This document shows, piece after piece, positions 8,501 to 13,148 of a DNA stretch of 13,148 nt. Position 1 is the stretch's first letter, and each line of letters begins with the position of its first letter. The notes beneath the pieces are model-generated. The model had not been told where the DNA came from. It did not search any database and was given only the letters and a program-made list of their open reading frames with translations. The DNA is from Nitrospinota bacterium (GTDB lineage Bacteria > UBA8248): assembly GCA_046581755.1 (NCBI GenBank), contig JAYGFR010000236.1, positions 1-13,148 of the forward strand, written 5' to 3'. The position numbers and the translations under genes were made by a program.

Positions 8501-9940
8501 CTATTTGCCTTCCCGGACCGGATTTTTGTACTTATCTCCCATTAGAATTTCCAGATGCTTGGCCTTGCTGGCTATCCACGTCTTCTTTTTGTTAATGCAC
8601 ATCGTCCCCGGATTCAGTTCCGGCTCGATGCCGGTGTCGCGTGCCGGAGAGAACCGGGATTTTTTCAATTTTGAAATAGGCATACGCAGTGTCAAATTTC
8701 CCGTGGTGAAATTTCCATTCGTTCGACATGGCGCCGCCCCTAAATAGCAGGATCGGACGCGGGTTCCCCTGATCGCGGCGAATTTTTCTTTCTCGCGTCG
8801 CCGGATTCGTGCGCGATCCGAATTCGATTGCCCTATGCTTTCGATTGAAATAAATGCTTTCCCTCGATGCATCCATCACCGAAACATACCCCTTGAGAAG
8901 GGGGGTGTAGCGCTGCAGATTGACGTAATGGGGAATCGTGGGAACCGGATCCCGGTAATTCACGACGGCGTACACCGACAAAGTGCTTTTAATGGATCTC
9001 GCCAGCGCACTGTCGCCCACCTTGGGCGGCGCATACACATAGGCGGCGTCCACGTTGTAGCGCAAGAGTTTTAGGGCAAACGCGACGACCGTCGCCGTGG
9101 CCCCGCCGAGGCTGTGGCCAGTGACGTAGATTTTTTCCGGCCCGCCCCTATTTTTTTGAGCGCCTGCTTTATGAGAGGCACAACCGATGCCGTCACCGCC
9201 GCATATCCGGCGTGGAGTTGCCCGTATCTCACTCTCCGGATTCCGGGCAGGAAAAACGGGACCGGCGGGTTCATGACGGTCGCCCCGATATCGATGACCC
9301 CTTTCGCTCCCTCGATGACGATGCCGCCCAAACCTTTCACCTTGTATCTGCTCGCCCCTTTTCCGGGGTCCTGGGTTCCCCGGAAGGCGATGAGAACCAT
9401 CCGGCGGTTCGAGGCGACGACGGCGTTTGCGCTGGCCGCCGAGTTGACGAAATACACCCGGCTGAATCCCCAGTGTTTGTAAAGCTCGGTGGCCGAGCAC
9501 CGGAATTTTTTTTCGGTTATCGGCGGACGGTATCTCCCGCCTCTTTTGCCATGGCGGAAATCTCTGTAGTAAGTCTTGTTCGACGCCTGCATCATCAAAT
9601 ACAAATTGACGTCCCGGTAGGAAGACACCGTCTGAAAATTATCGAACTTGCGCCTCCCGGATTTCGCCCTGTTCCCGTAGTCCCTCCGACCGCAGCCGGT
9701 TGCCGGCCCCACGAATGCGCCGGTCACGGCCTGAAAGCCGCCCCGGACTGCTCTCCCGGCCCGCTGGGCCGCCTCTTTAAGCTGCCTGGCTTTTCGCTCG
9801 GCCGCCGCCTTGAGCTCCCTGGCCTTGCACACCGCGTCATACCTCCCGCAGTGCCCGGCCCCGGCGAATGGCGGCGCGGCTATCGACGCGATGAATGTTC
9901 CCGCGGCGACGATTGCAAACATTTCCCATTTCATTTTCAT
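8501..9940 (-). CDS. Secreted lipase, class 3 (Lipase_3) family; frameshifted in homopolymer runs
   Basis: GGGAGG RBS before ATG 9940 and a signal peptide. Motifs LIAFRGT and QLHAGY. After restoring one A in the A6 run (9131-9136): IYVTGHSLGGATA (GxSxG), YAPPKVGD, VVNYRDPVPTIP (catalytic Asp) and WKFHH (candidate catalytic His). Ends at 8592, or at 8501 if a second shift occurs at 8660-8672 (that frame has GC-rich third positions). Confidence 0.85.
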
Positions 9941-10214
9941 TGACGAACCTCCCGCAACTGATCCCCACTGTTCATTTCTGGAATTCTCTCGGTTTCTTCC
10001 CCGTTGTGTTCAACAAAATTTTGAACTCCATAAAAAATTTTTGCGCGGCGCACCGGGCCTCCGCTTTCGTCAAGAGCTCCCTGCCACGATCTTCTCGAAC
10101 GATCCCCGCCAGCCCGGGGAGAGAGCCTCGATGCGCAGGGACCTCGGGCCCCCTTATTCTCATACCCGGTGGTACGCTTTTAGGCTGCCCTTTACATCTG
10201 GACGCGCAAGAAAC

Positions 10215-10243
10215 AAAAAAACCCCCTCCGCGAGGGAGGGGGG
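10215..10243 (-). terminator. Rho-independent terminator for the small Cys-rich gene
   Basis: Stem CCCCCTCC (10222-10229) / GGAGGGGG (10235-10242), followed on the - strand by a T7 tract (A10215-10221), about 60 nt after stop codon 10302. Confidence 0.8.
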
Positions 10244-10301
10244 ATGCTTTTGGGGAGTATCTTATCGTTCGGAGCTTGCCGGCGTTTGAGCCGGGGCGGT
10301 T

Positions 10302-10568
10302 TTAGTTCGCCGCCGAGGCGGTGTTCGGCTCAGGCTGGGTGGCCGCTTCGGGGGCCGCTTCGGCCTGGATCAAGCCGTTGGCCGGGACCTCGGATTTCGG
10401 GAAGAGCATGACCTGAAAACATTCGCCGCAGATGCCGTGGGAGACGGGGATATTTTCTGTTTTGGGGGGGGCGACCTGGAGAAGGCCGATGGGGGCGCGG
10501 AGCTCGATTGCGTGGTATTGGCCGTCCTCGCCCATTACCCGAAAACAGTAGCCGCATTGCTTAACCAT
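10302..10568 (-). CDS. Small stand-alone CxxC...SHGICxxC putative metal-binding protein (88 aa)
   Basis: AAAGGGG RBS 7 nt before the ATG. QCGYC at the N-terminus, VSHGICGEC at residues ~42-50 and an Ala/Pro/Glu-rich tail. Flanked by a promoter upstream and a terminator downstream. Confidence 0.75.
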   Translation of the reverse strand: MVKQCGYCFRVMGEDGQYHAIELRAPIGLLQVAPPKTENIPVSHGICGECFQVMLFPKSEVPANGLIQAEAAPEAATQPEPNTASAAN

Positions 10569-10695
10569 TTTATAACCCCTTTGTCCGGTTCAAATTCGAA
10601 TGAGCGGTGGGTCCTGATTTCGAAATTGAATTCGAATTCGGATTCCGCTGTATTGGCCGCTCCGCCAGGTTCCGCCTGGCTTGGGGGGTTTCAAG

Positions 10696-10711
10696 AGCAA
10701 CCTTTGTGCCG
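10696..10711 (-). promoter_or_regulatory. Sigma54 (RpoN) -24/-12 promoter
   Basis: The - strand reads CGGCAC-AAAGG-TTGCT versus consensus TGGCAC-N5-TTGCW, with invariant GG and GC correctly spaced. It points at the 88-aa gene; predicted TSS about 10685. Confidence 0.75.
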
Positions 10712-10751
10712 AAGGGCGCGAGTGGGACACTGGATGGAATAGCCGGTTTAT

Positions 10752-10764
10752 GATCAATACGTTA
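10752..10764 (+). promoter_or_regulatory. IHF-binding site (proximal)
   Basis: gATCAA-TACG-TTA, one mismatch to WATCAA-N4-TTR, about 67-79 nt upstream of the predicted sigma54 TSS. Confidence 0.55.
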
Positions 10765-10870
10765 TGGGAATGCGGGTTTTGGGGGGCGCTGCGTGAGGCG
10801 CGGGCACGGGTTCTCCCGCTTCCCTTCCCCGGCTCCGGCGGTGGTGGGAGTATTTTTGTAACAAATGGGT

Positions 10871-10883
10871 TATCAACAGGTTA
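10871..10883 (+). promoter_or_regulatory. IHF-binding site (distal)
   Basis: TATCAA-CAGG-TTA, a perfect match to WATCAA-N4-TTR, preceded by an A/T tract (TATTTTTGTAACAAAT) in otherwise GC-rich DNA. Confidence 0.6.
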
Positions 10884-10989
10884 TGCGATAGAGCGGCAGT
10901 GTGGGGAGCCGCGGGCGGCCGCCACTTTTCTGGCGCTAGCCGGATTTTTGGGGATTTGGGGGGGGGGAAGCGGGGAGCCAGAATGGCCG

Positions 10990-11011
10990 AAATGTGACGC
11001 CTTTCACATAT
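10990..11011. promoter_or_regulatory. CRP/FNR-family-type palindrome, also a TGT-N10-ACA enhancer-type site
   Basis: AAATGTGA-CGCCTT-TCACATAT matches 15 of the 16 specified positions of AAATGTGA-N6-TCACATTT. Confidence 0.65.
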
Positions 11012-11127
11012 CCGGGGGCCGAAGTCGGGGATTATTGGGGAAAAGGCTTGGGGGAAAAGTTTGATGCCCCTGAATTTGAGCAGGAACCGGGCGGCCGGTG
11101 GAAACGCGGGACAGGCGGGGAACCAGG

Positions 11128-11275
11128 CTGATTCCGCCGAATCCGCACGGAGATTCGAGGGAAACGCGGGCGGGAATTACTGGGGCCGGATTTGCGGGGA
11201 ATTGGGGGGAAAACGCGAGAAAAAAAACCTGATTCCACCGAATCAGCGTGGAGATTCGAGGGAAACACGTGCGGG
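11128..11275. repeat. Pair of 47-bp direct repeats (11128-11174 and 11229-11275)
   Basis: CTGATTCCGCCGAATCCGCACGGAGATTCGAGGGAAACGCGGGCGGG versus CTGATTCCACCGAATCAGCGTGGAGATTCGAGGGAAACACGTGCGGG. 41/47 identical, period 101 bp, each starting with a GATTC-N4-GAATC inverted repeat. Confidence 0.85.
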
Positions 11276-11299
11276 GCCGGGCTCAAAGAGGGACGGGCG

Positions 11300-11390
11300 A
11301 TTACGCGCGCCTTGGCGCATTTGCTCGAAATATCTCCCGGGTGGTCCGGAAAAGCTGGCGGGCGAAATTACGCGCGCCTAGGCGCATATG
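11300..11390. repeat. Pair of 24-bp direct repeats with a palindromic core (11300-11323 and 11367-11390)
   Basis: ATTACGCGCGCCTTGGCGCATTTG versus ATTACGCGCGCCTAGGCGCATATG. 22/24 identical, period 67 bp, core GCGCC-TW-GGCGC. Confidence 0.8.
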
Positions 11391-11455
11391 ACGGGGTTTT
11401 CCGGCAGATGGGGCTGGAGCGTTTCGATTATTCGCCCTAGGGGGGTGGTTGACCG

Positions 11456-12514
11456 CTAGGCGCTCCCGGAGGGGCTCTCCGCCCATTCGGCGGGGGTGTT
11501 TGGGGCGCCCTCCCGGGGGGCGGGGTCATCGGCAGGGTCGGCGGCGGTCTCCTCGTTCTTCGCGAGCGGCAGCTGGGGGCGAAGCTTGTAGAAGGGGCGC
11601 TGCATGATGGAGTTCCGGCTGGTGAAGGACTCATCCCCCCGGTCCATCTCGATGGCGCGTTTCATAATGTTGAATTTAGCGTCGATATCGTCCGCATAGT
11701 GGAGCAAGAGTGCCTCGGGAGTCATCGGAACCTTCACCGTGCCCCAATTGAGCTGACCCTGATGGGCGAGAATGAGATGTTCGAGATGGAGGAGAAAATC
11801 CCCGGGCAACTCGCCGTATGATTTGGCATGGTCGCGAAGAATATCCCTCCCCAAGACAACATGACCGATTAGCCTGCCCTCATCGGTATATTCAATGCCT
11901 CCGCTTGTGGAGAGTTCATCGAACTTGCCGATATCGTGAATCATCGCGGCCGCCACCAGCAAATCGGCGAAAACCTCGTATTTGTCGGCCAAATATATGC
12001 AAGTTTTTGTCACCGAGAGGGTATGCTCCAAAAGTCCCCCTAGATATGGGTGATGTATTCGCTGGGCCGCGGGCCAGAATTTGAATTTCTCTTCATATTG
12101 GCCAAAAATAGATATAAGAAAATCAGCGACGAGCGGATGACATGTACGAGCGATACGGCGAATTTCCTCCCACATTAAATCGATGTCGAAAGGTGTCTGC
12201 TCAATACATTCTTCCTGACGAAAGCCCTCCTCATAATCTTCATCGTTTACTTTACGAATTTTTTGAATTCGCAGTTGGAAATTCCCCTGGTAAGATTCCA
12301 CAACCGCCCGAGCTTTAACGAAATCTCCCCGCTCAATCACTCCCAACACCTGCTCCTCGACCTCCCAAACTTTGGCGGAAATTCCTCCCGTCCGATCCTC
12401 GAGAACCAAGTCAAGATACTGGCGCCCATTCCGGGTTTCCTTCTTTTGGAGGTCACGAATTCGGAAAAAGGCATCGAATTTTTCACCCGTGCTCAAATCT
12501 GACACATTCGGCAT
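11456..12514 (-). CDS. yhaM: YhaM/Cbf1-family 3'-5' exoribonuclease (OB-fold + HD domain)
   Basis: GGAGG RBS before ATG 12514. OB-fold motifs YLDLVLEDRTGGISAKVW and YQGNFQLRI. HD-domain motifs PAAQRIHHPYLGGLLEHT, MIHDIGK, YTDEGRLIGHV, HLILAHQG and PEALLLHYADDIDAK. Acidic/Pro-rich C-terminal tail. Confidence 0.92.
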   Translation of the reverse strand: MPNVSDLSTGEKFDAFFRIRDLQKKETRNGRQYLDLVLEDRTGGISAKVWEVEEQVLGVIERGDFVKARAVVESYQGNFQLRIQKIRKVNDEDYEEGFRQEECIEQTPFDIDLMWEEIRRIARTCHPLVADFLISIFGQYEEKFKFWPAAQRIHHPYLGGLLEHTLSVTKTCIYLADKYEVFADLLVAAAMIHDIGKFDELSTSGGIEYTDEGRLIGHVVLGRDILRDHAKSYGELPGDFLLHLEHLILAHQGQLNWGTVKVPMTPEALLLHYADDIDAKFNIMKRAIEMDRGDESFTSRNSIMQRPFYKLRPQLPLAKNEETAADPADDPAPREGAPNTPAEWAESPSGSA

Positions 12515-13148
12515 TCTGCCCTCCAAATTCGATGCGGCCTTGGGCGATACGCCTCGCCGCTTCTCAAGATTGTTGTATTTAAAAATCCATCATTCACCGA
12601 ACAAGGTTAATAGATGAAGCTGGAGAAATGAGCCGGCCTATTCGAATCTGAATGGGAATTCGGATGCGATGTAGTGGTTTTCTTTATATATCCATTTTCA
12701 TTAAATCACCATAGAGACGCTTTTTGGAAAGTAGATATCTCTGACCTGCCCAACCTATAATTATGGAAAATCTATTTGTTTAGGGGATAATTGAGGTCCT
12801 CAATCCCAGGACCGAGGTCCCGTCTCTAATAAGAAAATAAATTCAAATGCTACCATTCACTGCATATTTTGAGCTATTCCATGTCTTTTATTATTGAGAA
12901 AGGACGCCAGGAGGCAGAAATAGTGAGATTCGATTCTAGCCGGTTAAATTTTCGAAGTATTCCAGATTTACATTCCAGCGTGTGGGATCACATCCTCCAG
13001 TCCGCCTGACCTGAATCCCCCCACCCCTCCGGCGGCCTGCATATTATATAGCTATTCTTATTGCGAAATAAACCCTTCAAAATATGCGAATATCTCAGGT
13101 TGTGGGAAGGAAAACCCTAGCGGCCGCCAATTTCATAAGCAGTGCCTG

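Noticed and set aside
10014..10042. Two A/T palindromes (CAAAATTTTG, AAAAATTTTT) upstream of the lipase
   Set aside because: Low-complexity A/T tracts form palindromes by chance, and no properly spaced -35/-10 pair was found.
10170..10184. Second sigma54 promoter (TGGTAC-GCTTT-TAGG, + strand)
   Set aside because: The -12 GC is missing, and it points into a terminator with no downstream + strand gene.
10870..10878. DnaA box / replication origin (TTATCAACA)
   Set aside because: A single mismatched box with no cluster or unwinding element. It is better explained as part of a perfect IHF consensus.
11128..11390. CRISPR mini-array
   Set aside because: Only two copies each of two unrelated repeats, the copies are divergent, and there are no cas genes or leader in the window.
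10681..11486. Short ORFs in the yhaM-to-Cys-protein intergenic region
   Set aside because: Low-complexity Gly/Arg/Pro translations with no convincing RBS, overlapping regulatory motifs and repeats.
12881..13009. 42-aa ORF (MSFIIEKGRQEAE...) and a TGTG-N4-CACA motif near 12981-12992
   Set aside because: The ORF has no RBS or motif, and the palindrome spacing does not fit CRP/FNR consensus.

Overview
GC-rich bacterial chromosomal window with no rRNA, tRNA, transposase, integrase or CRISPR array detectable. It is mostly envelope/secreted-protein genes. In order: (+) a large 5'-truncated TPR protein, split by three single-base homopolymer losses; (+) an ElyC/YdcF (DUF218) protein; (+) a decayed YghX-like Tat-exported dienelactone hydrolase; (+) a secreted ricin-B-type beta-trefoil protein; (-) an M23 metallopeptidase; (-) a SHOCT membrane protein with an upstream gene remnant; (+) an LLM-class flavin monooxygenase; (-) a secreted class-3 lipase, frameshifted in homopolymers; (-) an 88-aa stand-alone CxxC...SHGICxxC protein; and (-) a YhaM-family OB-HD exoribonuclease, followed by an AT-rich non-coding tail. 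The most striking unexplained structure is 10215-11455. There the tiny Cys-rich gene has its own terminator, a structured GGA-rich leader, a near-consensus sigma54 promoter, two IHF boxes, a TGTGA-N6-TCACA (= TGT-N10-ACA) upstream site and two separate pairs of palindrome-containing direct repeats. All family assignments are from motifs read by eye; no database search was run.
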